From IMG/VR virus record IMGVR_UViG_3300046678_000067, positions 32,001 to 96,000 of that record: a stretch of DNA of 64,000 bases; one strand, 5' to 3'. The stretch's first letter is position 1; every line of letters starts with the position of its first letter. A program made the translations under genes and the position numbers. Below are positions 1 to 9,928 of the stretch, piece after piece. Below the pieces are notes generated by a model. The model was not told the DNA's origin, searched no databases, and saw nothing but the letters and a program-made list of their open reading frames with translations. This DNA is from a virus. Taxonomy: Duplodnaviria; Caudoviricetes.

Positions 1-2098
1 TAGCTGCCGCATTGGTATTAGTAGAAGCCGTCAGCGTAGTGATCAAGTCCGATAGCGAACTATCTGCCGCTTGTCGGGCCGTGGCTTCAGCCGTCACTGC
101 AGCACCACGATTATTCGCTTCAGTTAGAACCGCCGCCGCGACTGCATCATTTAGACTACTTGCAGAAGCCAGAATCGCGTTATTGTAGTCAATCGTAACC
201 TGTGCAACTTGAGAGTCGGTATATGCTCTAGAGGATGACGGATCGTTTACTTGCGCCCAGCTAGTTCCATCGCTAATATGCAATTGACCTACGCCAGATA
301 CAGGATCGACAATAATATGCAAGTTGTTCTGATAAAGAGTTGGATCAGGCTCCGAACCCGGAACTGATTGGCTCAATAGAACAGGCTTATCGAACGTCAC
401 ATGCTTTAGGAATACCGGCGTTTGATTCGATGCGGCATAAGTCTGTGAATTGATATTACCAACCGCCGTAGCCATCGCATTAGCGACTGCTGGATCAGGA
501 TCGTTAGTCTTAATCAAAGAACTAACTGCTGCTGCCACTCCCAATGCACCAATACCAACCGCTGCTAGGTCAGATACTCTGAACCCCTTACCGGCCTCAG
601 GCGGGATATCAGGATCAGAGCTAGAGAACCCTGAACTTGTACCATCACCAGACACCGTAGCTGAAGTTGTTGTACCCGCCGCTGATGCGCCGCCACTTAG
701 GTTATTCAATCCACCTGTAGTAGAATCATTACCTGGAGTTGGAGTGCCCGCATTAGCCGGAACCCCGTTGGTCACCCAATTCCTACCGCTCGGAGATTTC
801 TTAGATAGGTTATTGGTTAGCTGAGAGTCCGCAGAACCAGCCGCAGTCGGGTCAGTATTCGAACCCGATGTAAAGCCTAGGGCACCCCCAAGCATCGGTG
901 CTCCGCCATCCCTAAGATCGTAGGCAACCAGGGATTCTCGTGATAGCATATCTCCATAAGAGAATCCGCCGCTCATCCCACCGAACATAGACGCGTTGAC
1001 AGATGGAGAATTGATTTCTCCTGATACTGCCAACATACCAGTGTTCATCTGAACCTTACCAGCCGTCACGAAGAAGTTGCCGCCAGTCTTGAAGATCATA
1101 TCCCCGCTAGACTGACGATATGCCTGTCCGGATACTTGCTGGGTATAATTACCACCGACATAATCATAAGAATCATTCTTGGTGATCTTATAGGAATCCA
1201 TCACCGACTTATGGGTGAAGGTGCCTAGAGGGTTGATCTCCCAATATGATCCGGTGCGGTGCGTCATATTCAAACGTTCGGCGCCGGGCGTGTCATCAAC
1301 TTCCGAATAGTGTCCAGAACGCGACTCAGTAACGAAGTTCCAGGGATACTTTGCGGCATTCCCGGACACCCCCCGTGGTTCTACGATAGACGAATTTTGA
1401 GCAGCAGGAGTTTTTTGCTCCGACACCGGCGCTGTCGTATCCGGTGTCGGCTCAACTTTTTTTACTGCGTCGTCCGTTGGCTCTTGATCTGAAAGTACCA
1501 CTAGGGCAATCTTATAAAGCGCCATACGGTCGTCTTGACCGTTTAGACCGCCGTTAATACGCTTGGTGATACTCACCATATCGCTACGGTCTGCGTATGC
1601 GTTTAGCCCCTTAGAGTTCCAGAACCAACCTGCGCTCATCGCTGCTAGTTGAGGCTGAGCTACTGCATCTGGGTTGCTAACGCAGTCAGTTCCACACGAT
1701 TGTGATAGAGCCGAATAGTTAGACTTACCTGTGCATTGAATCAAGCCGCGACCGCGATAGTTCCAACCGTCTCCAGAATCAGCCGAACCGTTACCCATAC
1801 GATTTGCATATACAACGTTAGCAATCTTCTGGGGATTACGGGCGCACTGAGCCGCTAGAGTCGCATCGAAACGATTAGGCCAAGTACCTTGTAGGCCAGC
1901 AGCAGAGTAGTTAAGGTTTTCACTAACCGCCGATAGTCGGCCAGATTCGTGTCCAACTTGCGCGATAAACGCAGCTAGTCGGAGTTTTGTGTTAATTTGG
2001 TATTGTGCGCAAGCAGCGTTGATTGCGTCGAAATACTTTGCTTCTGTAGCTGCAGAGCAGCCCAGAATCTTGGCAATTTGCCCTTGTTTGAATTGCAT
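1..2098 (-). CDS. GH19-type lytic domain fused to gp5 C-terminal part, with long low-complexity/coiled-coil extension (runs off left edge)
   Basis: Not in the ORF track (no stop in window). Manual translation from ATG 2098 (TAATG overlap with gp25 stop): MQFKQGQIAKILG..AAFIAQVGHESG..ENLNYS..GDGWNYRGRGLIQCTGKSNY..ITKRINGGLNG (GH19 motifs), then YPWNFVTESRSGHYSEVDDTPGAERLNMTHRTGSYWEI (T4 gp5 C-terminal-like). Confidence 0.85.
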   Translation of the reverse strand, partial: MQFKQGQIAKILGCSAATEAKYFDAINAACAQYQINTKLRLAAFIAQVGHESGRLSAVSENLNYSAAGLQGTWPNRFDATLAAQCARNPQKIANVVYANRMGNGSADSGDGWNYRGRGLIQCTGKSNYSALSQSCGTDCVSNPDAVAQPQLAAMSAGWFWNSKGLNAYADRSDMVSITKRINGGLNGQDDRMALYKIALVVLSDQEPTDDAVKKVEPTPDTTAPVSEQKTPAAQNSSIVEPRGVSGNAAKYPWNFVTESRSGHYSEVDDTPGAERLNMTHRTGSYWEINPLGTFTHKSVMDSYKITKNDSYDYVGGNYTQQVSGQAYRQSSGDMIFKTGGNFFVTAGKVQMNTGMLAVSGEINSPSVNASMFGGMSGGFSYGDMLSRESLVAYDLRDGGAPMLGGALGFTSGSNTDPTAAGSADSQLTNNLSKKSPSGRNWVTNGVPANAGTPTPGNDSTTGGLNNLSGGASAAGTTTSATVSGDGTSSGFSSSDPDIPPEAGKGFRVSDLAAVGIGALGVAAAVSSLIKTNDPDPAVANAMATAVGNINSQTYAASNQTPVFLKHVTFDKPVLLSQSVPGSEPDPTLYQNNLHIIVDPVSGVGQLHISDGTSWAQVNDPSSSRAYTDSQVAQVTIDYNNAILASASSLNDAVAAAVLTEANNRGAAVTAEATARQAADSSLSDLITTLTASTNTNAAA

Positions 2099-2490
2099 TA
2101 TCTAATCCTCTTGATTGGAATAGTTTCATTAATTACCTGAGGGTAATTTAAAGCGTAGAACGTGAGATTGATATAGATACCGTATCCATTCTCGAATCGC
2201 TGGATATCTATAGATACAATCTCGACTCTAGGCTCAAATCTGTCAATCGTAGTTTTGATCCTATCATAAAGCTGCATCCGCATCATATTATCGTTAGGCT
2301 CAAATAGCAATTCCCCCACACCGCCGCCCATATATGGCGACCAAAGGAACTCACCAGCTGAGGTCATAACTAGATTACGGATAGATTGAATGATTGAAGC
2401 AATATCTGTCTTCATCACTAGATCGCCCGTCACCGGATGAGTAGCAAAATCTAGTGAGAAGTCTCTATATGTATAGCTTGGAGTCGCCAT
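2098..2490 (-). CDS. 25: Baseplate wedge subunit gp25
   Basis: YRDFSLDFATHPVTGDL..SIIQSIRNLVMT..GE..LLFEP..TIDRFEPRVEI; start taken at MATPSY. Confidence 0.9.
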   Translation of the reverse strand: MATPSYTYRDFSLDFATHPVTGDLVMKTDIASIIQSIRNLVMTSAGEFLWSPYMGGGVGELLFEPNDNMMRMQLYDRIKTTIDRFEPRVEIVSIDIQRFENGYGIYINLTFYALNYPQVINETIPIKRIR

Positions 2491-2491
2491 A

Positions 2492-3451
2492 TCACTTTCC
2501 TTGTAGGTTTGTCGGGAATACACAGTCCAGGAGAACTAGACTGGAACCGTTCTTGGGGATATTCGATTTAGATACCATCCCGCCAGAACGGTGAGACTTA
2601 TCCGATTGGTTTCCGCCAATACAGGTTAGCGTGCTTCCGTTATCTTGAGACACAAAAGCTACGTGACCTGAGCCTGAGTTCGGCACTCCGAAAACTGCAA
2701 TTGCCCCGAAAGGTACATTTGTTGTCCCTACAGACTTACCGTAATTCAGATATGACCTTGATGAAGCGCTTCTAGTCCCGGTGATACTAACTTGAGATAA
2801 GCACCAACCAACGAACGCCGCACACCAGGCAACGGTCGGTTCTCTCATTAGACCGCCGCCAACTTGGTGATACGTTCTAATCGTATCGGCATTATCCAGT
2901 TCATTAATACCCAATTGAGACTGAGCGACCGGCATCCAAGGAGTATCCTTATATGCGTTCGGATCAAGAGTCTTTGGAGGAACTTCTGGATCAGTCGAAC
3001 CTGGAATGGTTGATTGAACTACACTATTACTTACGTTGAAGCTTGAACCCGTATCGCCGTTGCCGCCAGCCTTAACGTTGATGTCGCCCGCTACTCCAGC
3101 GCGCGGATAATTCCCGTTTGGATCATTGAACCCTGAACTAGAATTACCGAACATTGCTCTATTTCCACCCATTGTACCTAGGATGATAAACTCTTGCATA
3201 CCATCGTCAGCAGGGAGTCCTAGAACCATTGTGCCTGGAACCATACCTACGGGCGCCAATCCGACCCCAGAAATAAATGCTGAGTTGATAGTCCCCAGAG
3301 GCTGGCACCAAGGTAGTAGATTTGTGGGTAGAACAGTTTTATCATCAGAGTGAATACCGATCCAACGAACTCTCACCCGACCTAGCTGTACTGGATCCAT
3401 GACGTCTTCAACAATCCCATATAGGAATGTATTGTTTGCCATTGGAATCAT
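2492..3451 (-). CDS. 5: Baseplate hub gp5 N-terminal OB domain fused to a TIGR02594/NlpC-P60(CHAP)-like amidase domain
   Basis: N-term GIVEDVMDPVQLGRVRVRWIGIH..LPWCQP; C-term WMPVAQSQLG..AWCAAFVGWCL..GHVAFV..GGNQSD. Confidence 0.85.
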   Translation of the reverse strand: MIPMANNTFLYGIVEDVMDPVQLGRVRVRWIGIHSDDKTVLPTNLLPWCQPLGTINSAFISGVGLAPVGMVPGTMVLGLPADDGMQEFIILGTMGGNRAMFGNSSSGFNDPNGNYPRAGVAGDINVKAGGNGDTGSSFNVSNSVVQSTIPGSTDPEVPPKTLDPNAYKDTPWMPVAQSQLGINELDNADTIRTYHQVGGGLMREPTVAWCAAFVGWCLSQVSITGTRSASSRSYLNYGKSVGTTNVPFGAIAVFGVPNSGSGHVAFVSQDNGSTLTCIGGNQSDKSHRSGGMVSKSNIPKNGSSLVLLDCVFPTNLQGK

Positions 3452-3792
3452 TTTAGCCAGACCTCACCGTAATTGATAACTAGAGTATTACCAGATGAGT
3501 CTGTCGCTAACACTCTCCAGTAAACTTTTGATTCCCGAACGCTTGAGGTAATATCCTCTTTAGGGAATTTGATGGTCATATACCATTGGCCGTCTACCTG
3601 AGCACTTGTAACAGTGAAGGTGAAATCAGGAGTTTCGTTTGTATATGCTAGACGCCCTTCACAGGTAATCGTATATTGGCCAGGAATGAACACTGAGCCG
3701 CTATCTAGCGTATATTGAAATTGATGAGTAGCATCCGTGCCACGAAACATCACGAAGATGTCTTTATTTTGATCTGAGTAATCTTTTAGCAT
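3448..3792 (-). CDS. Hypothetical beta-rich virion protein
   Basis: ORF coupled to gp5N; beta-strand-rich. Confidence 0.6.
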   Translation of the reverse strand: MLKDYSDQNKDIFVMFRGTDATHQFQYTLDSGSVFIPGQYTITCEGRLAYTNETPDFTFTVTSAQVDGQWYMTIKFPKEDITSSVRESKVYWRVLATDSSGNTLVINYGEVWLK

Positions 3793-3842
3793 CGCACATA
3801 CCTTTAGGTAAAAGTTGTCTACTTTTATTTAAAGGCAAAATA

Positions 3843-3869
3843 AAAAAGCCTTCCCGAAGGAAGGCTTTT
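3843..3869 (-). terminator. Rho-independent terminator after phoH
   Basis: AAAAGCCTTCC-CGAA-GGAAGGCTTTT hairpin with A/T tracts. Confidence 0.8.
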
Positions 3870-3888
3870 GCGAAAGAAATTTGTATTT

Positions 3889-4659
3889 TTACTTTTGCTT
3901 CAATTCGCTATAGAGTGCTGTGAGGAACTCTTTGACAAGCGAGCTACGAACAATATGTTCTAGCCCAAACTTAATTACCGGATAATTAAGCTCATGGCGA
4001 TTCGAGAATTTCTCCAACCAATCAAGTCCATTCAAGCCCTTAATATCAGTCTGGAAATTATCGCCAAGGAATAGAATGCGACCCGATTCATAACGCGTCA
4101 CAAGGGCTTGCACTTCTTCAACGGTAAGGTTTTGTGCCTCATCGATGATCAAGAATGTATCACGGAAAGAATTACCGCGAATATATTCAATCGGTTGCAT
4201 TACAATTTTCTGCTTAGCTAGATTGTAGCCATACAGACCATCGCCCATACGTTCTCTTAGGACTGCCAGGATTGGAGCTAGCAACGGTTCCATCTTATCC
4301 GTTACTGAGCCAGGCAACATACCTAGAGATTTACCAACGTGTACGTTTGCTCGCGTTAGGATGATCTTATCGACCGAACCTTCAGCAAGGAATTTAGCAG
4401 CCATACTACCTGAGATGAATGTTTTACCACAACCTGCCGGCGCTTCCGCAATAACGATTGAGCTGGTATTAATAGCCTTGATCATTTCTTCTTGCTTTTC
4501 ATTCTTCGGCTGAAGATGAAAACTGGGGCGAGCCTTTGGAGTTGGAGCATACTGATTCGTGATTTCTCTCGGGTCCAATAGGGCGCCACGGCTATCCCTA
4601 GGTAGACCACGCGGATCACGTTCTTCTCTTGTAGAGGCTCTGCGCATCTTCTTTCCCAT
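3889..4659 (-). CDS. phoH: PhoH-like ATPase
   Basis: APAGCGKT, LGMLPGS..KM, EYIRGNSF, IIDEAQN, LGDNFQTDI, IVRSSLV. Confidence 0.93.
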   Translation of the reverse strand: MGKKMRRASTREERDPRGLPRDSRGALLDPREITNQYAPTPKARPSFHLQPKNEKQEEMIKAINTSSIVIAEAPAGCGKTFISGSMAAKFLAEGSVDKIILTRANVHVGKSLGMLPGSVTDKMEPLLAPILAVLRERMGDGLYGYNLAKQKIVMQPIEYIRGNSFRDTFLIIDEAQNLTVEEVQALVTRYESGRILFLGDNFQTDIKGLNGLDWLEKFSNRHELNYPVIKFGLEHIVRSSLVKEFLTALYSELKQK

Positions 4660-4689
4660 ATCAATCCTTTAATGGGTTATTACAACTGC

Positions 4690-5223
4690 TTAAAAACAGA
4701 TACTATCGTCAGTCACTAGAGAGACCATCAATCCCATACGGAATGATTGGCCGTTATCTACTGGCTGTATACCGCGTTGATATTCAAAAATCCTACGCGA
4801 CTCAGTATCTACGCGAAACACCTTAATACCTTTGTTCAAAAGGAAATTGATTCCTGTAACAACCCGATATTCGCGATCAAAAACAACAGCGGCAATCCCA
4901 GCTTCCGCAATATCAACTGCGCAGTTTGGACATGGAGAATCGGTAATGAACATTACCGATCCAACTGCTGACTCGTTTGACCTAATGAGCTTCCTGAGTG
5001 CATTAGGTTCCGCGTGTCTAACCCTTGGGTCTGTAGAACCATCTTCTAGTTCACAAACATTTGGCTCTCCAGAAGGCATCCCATTATATCCAAATGAGAT
5101 GATACGCTCGTCTTTTACAATAAGCGCACCAACCTTCAGTCTTACACAATATGATAGTTCGTCAGCATAGCTGCGCGCTGCTTTCATATGCGCGAACACG
5201 AACTTGTTCTTAAGTTTATTCAA
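4690..5223 (-). CDS. cd: dCMP deaminase
   Basis: KVGALIVK..SFGYNGMPSG, HAE, SPCPNCA zinc motifs. Confidence 0.92.
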   Translation of the reverse strand: MNKLKNKFVFAHMKAARSYADELSYCVRLKVGALIVKDERIISFGYNGMPSGEPNVCELEDGSTDPRVRHAEPNALRKLIRSNESAVGSVMFITDSPCPNCAVDIAEAGIAAVVFDREYRVVTGINFLLNKGIKVFRVDTESRRIFEYQRGIQPVDNGQSFRMGLMVSLVTDDSICF

Positions 5224-5836
5224 TTTCTTCCGTTTCGTCTACTTCATCGCTTCCAGCGCTTAGACGTTCTACAATATCAGAACCCAACAAATAAACATCG
5301 ACACCCTTACGAATATCAGCACGTTCATCGTCGGTCAAGATACCGATAGTCAGATCATCTAGTAGAGACTCAACGATGCGTTCAGTTGCCGTTGTACTAT
5401 TCTTGATGTCTGCCGTCTTGGCGTGGCCGAAGCCGGTGCTTGCGCCGTGAAGCATAACGCAAACGTGAGTAGAAGCAATTACTTTGTTATGACCTGCCAA
5501 CCAAATCATAGCAGCTGCACTCGCAGCTTCTCCATCTACACAAGTAGTGATATTCGCTTCAGAGGCGTCGATCGCATTAATGATAGATAGACAAGAGTTG
5601 AGATTGCCGCCGGGAGAGTTAATGTGAATCGTAATATCTTGACCTTCAGGCGCGTAACGCAATGCGTGGACAAAATCTACGTAATCAACTTCAGGACCGA
5701 TTTCATCATAGATATAGATAACAAGAGGCGGAACTGCCGGTGCCTCATATCCAATAGGAGAATATGACTTGATATCCTCGATGCTCACAGGAAGGTGTGC
5801 AACGGGCTTGGCTGTTGAGTGACTTCTTAACTTCAT
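5216..5836 (-). CDS. ClpP-like protease
   Basis: HINSPGG, AASAAAMI, VMLHG motifs. Confidence 0.85.
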   Translation of the reverse strand: MKLRSHSTAKPVAHLPVSIEDIKSYSPIGYEAPAVPPLVIYIYDEIGPEVDYVDFVHALRYAPEGQDITIHINSPGGNLNSCLSIINAIDASEANITTCVDGEAASAAAMIWLAGHNKVIASTHVCVMLHGASTGFGHAKTADIKNSTTATERIVESLLDDLTIGILTDDERADIRKGVDVYLLGSDIVERLSAGSDEVDETEEIE

Positions 5837-5905
5837 ACAATTCTCCGGTTTAAATTGTGCAAGGGTGAATCTTTACCCCTCATACTAATTTAGACCGAAG
5901 AACGA

Positions 5906-6511
5906 TTAGTCAGCAATATCCGAATGTAGGCACTTGAAGATGCGCATATGATCTACAGCCGCGTCGTGCAAAGCATTATGATAAGTTGCCCCCTTGAAGT
6001 CGCTAACCCGAACGCCTGCATATCGGTCGTATCCCATAAAGCGGAAAGCCGTTGCGACATCGAACGTATTATGGTAGTTCCAAATCACGTCCTGATCCAA
6101 ATCTTCCTCAAACAGATACTGAAGCTTTGAAAGATCGAAACAGTTGCGGTCGTACCAATCAACCTTCTTGATGTCGATGCCTTTATCCTTAAAGAAACCC
6201 TGTAGATGAGCTTCTAAGCCGTACAGTGACACGTCTAGGGTAGGATTAGGGATCAGTACCTTGCGAGCCTCAGGCGACTGGTCGTACCACCATTTAACCA
6301 CCCTCTGAGAAGCCTTCCTACCTCGATCCAGCTGTTCCTTCAGATCGAACTTCAAATACAAGCCGTTCTGGACCAGAGAATCGAAAGTCTGATCGCGATC
6401 ATCGTATCTTGATATCGTAACACCTAACGATAAAATCGGGGCATCACTACCTACCGCTAGAGTCTCAAGATCAATTACGGCCAGATGATCTTGGAAAACA
6501 TTCTTACTCAT
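5906..6511 (-). CDS. dexA: DEDDh 3'-5' exonuclease (DexA-like)
   Basis: IDLETL, FDLSKL, HNALHDAAVD. Confidence 0.8.
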   Translation of the reverse strand: MSKNVFQDHLAVIDLETLAVGSDAPILSLGVTISRYDDRDQTFDSLVQNGLYLKFDLKEQLDRGRKASQRVVKWWYDQSPEARKVLIPNPTLDVSLYGLEAHLQGFFKDKGIDIKKVDWYDRNCFDLSKLQYLFEEDLDQDVIWNYHNTFDVATAFRFMGYDRYAGVRVSDFKGATYHNALHDAAVDHMRIFKCLHSDIAD

Positions 6512-7585
6512 TTAAAACCCTTCGAACAGATTCACTGATTTATCAACAGCCGGTGCCTTGGCCTTCTTTGCGGCTTTAACTCCAAGGCCGTCATAACTAC
6601 TCTTTCCGCGCGGTTTCTTACCTTCTTGAACCGCAGCCTTACACTTTTGGAACTTCTGAAGTTCGCACATCAGATTCTCGAACGACATGATATTGATATA
6701 TCGATCATAGTCAGGCAAATCGCTGAACAGCTTCTCAGGATCATAACCAAACTTATCGAACATCAATCTCTGGTTGTTCCGCATCCAGAACAAGCATTCC
6801 TCATGCGTCATTCCGTCGCGATCAGCGAATAGGAGATCAACGCCCTTGGTACAACCTGGTCCAGATACCGTGAATTCGTTCTCGCTAAACCAATAATCCT
6901 CGCAGTACGTGAAGTCCACGAACCATTGATAGACTAGGAACTTACCCATCCAAGGGATCGCCGTGAGAATCTCAAACAACTCTTTCGGGCTTTGCGCCGC
7001 TTCCATCTTTTCCCAAAGCTCATCCGTCAGGGCGTACTTTGCGAAGTAGATCGGGGATTGGTCGAAATTCAAATCCTTCGCCGGAATCTTTTGTTGGAAG
7101 TGAATACGCTCTAGCCAGCTACGAACCGGGCAGGTATAGTACGCGCCGCTCCACCAAGTATGATCCCCGTTTGCCGCAATACGATCATTACAAGCTTTGA
7201 AATCTTCGTCGCTCAACGGAAACTTCAACATCTTACCGCCTGTCGCGATTTTATAGGACTCAAACTTATTCCAGAATCGCATCAGGATGATATTGAAGAA
7301 CCGATCTTTCAGGCTCTCCTTTGTCGAGCAAATATTCTCGATCACGTTGCGAGATTCACGGTCGTGCTCTCTACGGACGTTGGTAAACTTGACCTGTAGG
7401 AAAATCGGATTATCCGTCCAAGGTGCAGGCAGTTTCTCAACGTCTTTCTTCTTATGAATCTCGTAACGGTCGTGTACGAACTCGTAAAGGTTGGCCAGCA
7501 CATCCTCGTTTAAAACCGGATTAGCTGCCTTGATCACGTCTTCACGAACTCCGCAATACAGAACGTCTTTTGATCGATTCTTCAT
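6512..7585 (-). CDS. alpha-glutamyl/putrescinyl-thymine pyrophosphorylase clade 1-like (DNA hypermodification)
   Basis: PAPWTDNPIFLQVKFTNVRREHDRES, GKFLVYQWFVDFTY, FTVSGPGCTKG, ENLMCELQKF match recalled aGPT-Pplase1 motifs. Confidence 0.78.
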   Translation of the reverse strand: MKNRSKDVLYCGVREDVIKAANPVLNEDVLANLYEFVHDRYEIHKKKDVEKLPAPWTDNPIFLQVKFTNVRREHDRESRNVIENICSTKESLKDRFFNIILMRFWNKFESYKIATGGKMLKFPLSDEDFKACNDRIAANGDHTWWSGAYYTCPVRSWLERIHFQQKIPAKDLNFDQSPIYFAKYALTDELWEKMEAAQSPKELFEILTAIPWMGKFLVYQWFVDFTYCEDYWFSENEFTVSGPGCTKGVDLLFADRDGMTHEECLFWMRNNQRLMFDKFGYDPEKLFSDLPDYDRYINIMSFENLMCELQKFQKCKAAVQEGKKPRGKSSYDGLGVKAAKKAKAPAVDKSVNLFEGF

Positions 7586-7616
7586 ATCTAATTTCTTGTT
7601 AAGTTAAAAACGAAAT

Positions 7617-8177
7617 TTAGCGGTAGTAATCGTCCCAATTACTCATCTGCTGATACTGCTCACGATCCCGTTCGAAACCATCGGCGCGAATTCCGGTAAA
7701 CAAGATATGGTTGGCCATATAGCGATGCTCGAAACCTAGTTCCATATGTTCCAACTTATCGTCAATCAAGGTGCCATATGCAACGTAGTGCTTTTCGTGC
7801 GTTGCGATGAAACCATCTGCGAAAGGGAAGCATCGTTTCAAAAAGTTGATCTTAGATTGCGTATGTTCCGGGAAACAGGAACTTACGAATACAATTGTTT
7901 CTCCGCCGTCCTTCGCCCGTTGAAGAGCTTCAACCGATCCTTCAACCGGCTGCAACTTATCATACAAATCCGCGTGACGCCAAAACGATAGAGGATCCAC
8001 ATAATTCTTGATCCCACCAGCTTTAGCCAGAATCTCTTTCATCTCAGGAACCAGATTATAGGTCCGAGTTTTATTGAGAACTGGGATATCTGTGAATTGT
8101 TTAAACCATTCCATCCACGGCGTCAGGGAATCGACTACCGTCAAATCCACGTCTACAGCAATAATACTCATCAACAC
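7617..8177 (-). CDS. HAD 5'(3')-deoxyribonucleotidase
   Basis: DVDLTVVD and LIDD motifs. Confidence 0.82.
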   Translation of the reverse strand: MLMSIIAVDVDLTVVDSLTPWMEWFKQFTDIPVLNKTRTYNLVPEMKEILAKAGGIKNYVDPLSFWRHADLYDKLQPVEGSVEALQRAKDGGETIVFVSSCFPEHTQSKINFLKRCFPFADGFIATHEKHYVAYGTLIDDKLEHMELGFEHRYMANHILFTGIRADGFERDREQYQQMSNWDDYYR

Positions 8178-8268
8178 TCCTAATTAACATACTATGGGCT
8201 ATGCTTTATTATACCCTAGAAATGCGAAAGGGAGAACCAGTTTCCCGGTTCTCCCTCTGATCTACATA

Positions 8269-9303
8269 TTACACGCCAGACAACAGACGTTCAAACTCAG
8301 CCATCTCATCCGAATCACCAGCAAGCGGAGCAGCTTCAGACGACTTACCAACCGAAGGGGCCGGAGCAGACTTGGCTTGTTCTGCCGGGGCTTCTTTCGA
8401 ACCACCAGTCATTTCATCAAGCATCTGTTCAGCAGTCTTGGGCTTACCAGCAGCCGGAGCAGCAGAACCGCCTTCAGCGCCAATACCCATAACCTTCTCA
8501 TACTTTGCCTTCAGTTCGTCGTAGGTCTTGAAGTTCTTACGATCATAGAACTCAGCGATGGAATGCGAAGCCTTCCAAATGCGTTCCATCTCAGCTTCAT
8601 CGCCACCAGACAACGGACCTTGAGTAGCCCACTTAACGCTATCGAAGTTAGGCGCATCGATTTCCTTCTCGCCAATCTTCTTCTTAGTGTAAGTCAAGTT
8701 CAGGATCAGGTCTGCACCTTCAAACATATCGAACGGATCGAAAATCGGATCAGTGTCGAATTCAGGCTTATTGCACTTTTCGAGAATCTTACGAATCGTT
8801 TCACCAAATTCGTAGATCATAACCTTGCCGTTGTTCTCAGGATTCGTACCATCCTTGATGATCAGAACGTTGGCGTAATAGGTCGTGCTCGGCAAGCGCT
8901 TCTTCAGAGCATTCTTAAGAATCTCATCGTTGTTCTTCTTGGCAGTACCCCAAAGCGGACCATCATAGGCTCGAACCGGGCAATCTTCACCGAACGTCTG
9001 AAGCGACTTTTCGATGTACCAACCCTTCGGACCTTGAAAACCGTGGCTCAGAATCTTTGCCATCGGGGTCAAGTCTTCAGCCTTGTACTTACCTTCTTCG
9101 ACGCCAACTTCATCCACAAAAGGAATCGGCAGGAATCGGATAATATTCACGGACTTGTTGTCCTTTGCATTACGAGTCGGTTTCCAAATGCGTTCGTCTT
9201 TCTTGAACCCACCGCCATTTTGACCCGTCTTTTCCAGCTTCGTTTGCAGAGCTTGGAAGTTAGTACCTTTACGTGCACGCAATGCGTTAAAATCAATAGC
9301 CAT
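8269..9303 (-). CDS. 32: Single-stranded DNA-binding protein gp32
   Basis: DERIWKP, IIRFLP, HGFQGPKGWYIE, YYANVLIIKD..PENNGKV, DPFDMFEGADL, acidic tail. Confidence 0.95.
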   Translation of the reverse strand: MAIDFNALRARKGTNFQALQTKLEKTGQNGGGFKKDERIWKPTRNAKDNKSVNIIRFLPIPFVDEVGVEEGKYKAEDLTPMAKILSHGFQGPKGWYIEKSLQTFGEDCPVRAYDGPLWGTAKKNNDEILKNALKKRLPSTTYYANVLIIKDGTNPENNGKVMIYEFGETIRKILEKCNKPEFDTDPIFDPFDMFEGADLILNLTYTKKKIGEKEIDAPNFDSVKWATQGPLSGGDEAEMERIWKASHSIAEFYDRKNFKTYDELKAKYEKVMGIGAEGGSAAPAAGKPKTAEQMLDEMTGGSKEAPAEQAKSAPAPSVGKSSEAAPLAGDSDEMAEFERLLSGV

Positions 9304-9439
9304 CTTTATTTCTCACTTACAGTTTTCGTTTAGTTTCATATGATGTCATTCTTTCTTAGGATAAAAACGAGCAATGAGCTTCTGACCTTCTCTTGCCGCT
9401 ATACGTTTATTTAGTCTGGAAATTTACTCCAGACGCATA

Positions 9440-9658
9440 TTATATCGAATTACGCTTAACTTCACGAATTCCTGCTATGAACTTCATATCGCCATAGATA
9501 TAATCGTCAAATGTTTCACCAGGTTCAACTACCACTTCCTTGGTATTATACTGGGCTGGTCCAAATGTTTCACGACCCGAATACATCTTTTCTTTGACTG
9601 AAACTATAACGACATAATCTGCTTCAGCAGGAACTTCTACGATAACTTGAGTCGTCAT
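9440..9658 (-). CDS. Hypothetical protein
   Basis: 72-aa ORF coupled to gp33 stop. Confidence 0.6.
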   Translation of the reverse strand: MTTQVIVEVPAEADYVVIVSVKEKMYSGRETFGPAQYNTKEVVVEPGETFDDYIYGDMKFIAGIREVKRNSI

Positions 9659-9927
9659 TAGAATCCAATAACTGAGCTAGTAGTGTTTCGTTCTTTCAGG
9701 AGTCGCATCTGCATAGCTTCGTTCTTGATCTTATCAAGCAACGAAGGGCTGATCAGCTTACGACCTTCCTCAGCTTCAAGTCCCAGTTCCTCGATGTACT
9801 GAGTTGTATGATAGATATAAGAATCTTCATCCTTATCATCCCAAGTGCGCTTTTCTACTTCAAGCGAGAACTCTTCAGCAGACGGCAAAGCTACCACAAC
9901 TGCGGGTTCCAAAATTACGTTTTCCAT
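9658..9927 (-). CDS. 33: Late promoter transcription coactivator gp33
   Basis: EEFSLEVEK..SYI..KLISPSLLDKIKNEAMQMRLLK; near gp32. Start moved to MENVILE. Confidence 0.75.
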   Translation of the reverse strand: MENVILEPAVVVALPSAEEFSLEVEKRTWDDKDEDSYIYHTTQYIEELGLEAEEGRKLISPSLLDKIKNEAMQMRLLKERNTTSSVIGF

Positions 9928-9928
9928 T

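Noticed and set aside
450-1492. Plus-strand ORFs 450-824 and 1259-1492
   Set aside because: Antisense to the GH19-gp5C gene that the ORF track missed.
8194-9333. 379-aa plus-strand ORF
   Set aside because: Antisense shadow of gp32; no recognisable motifs.
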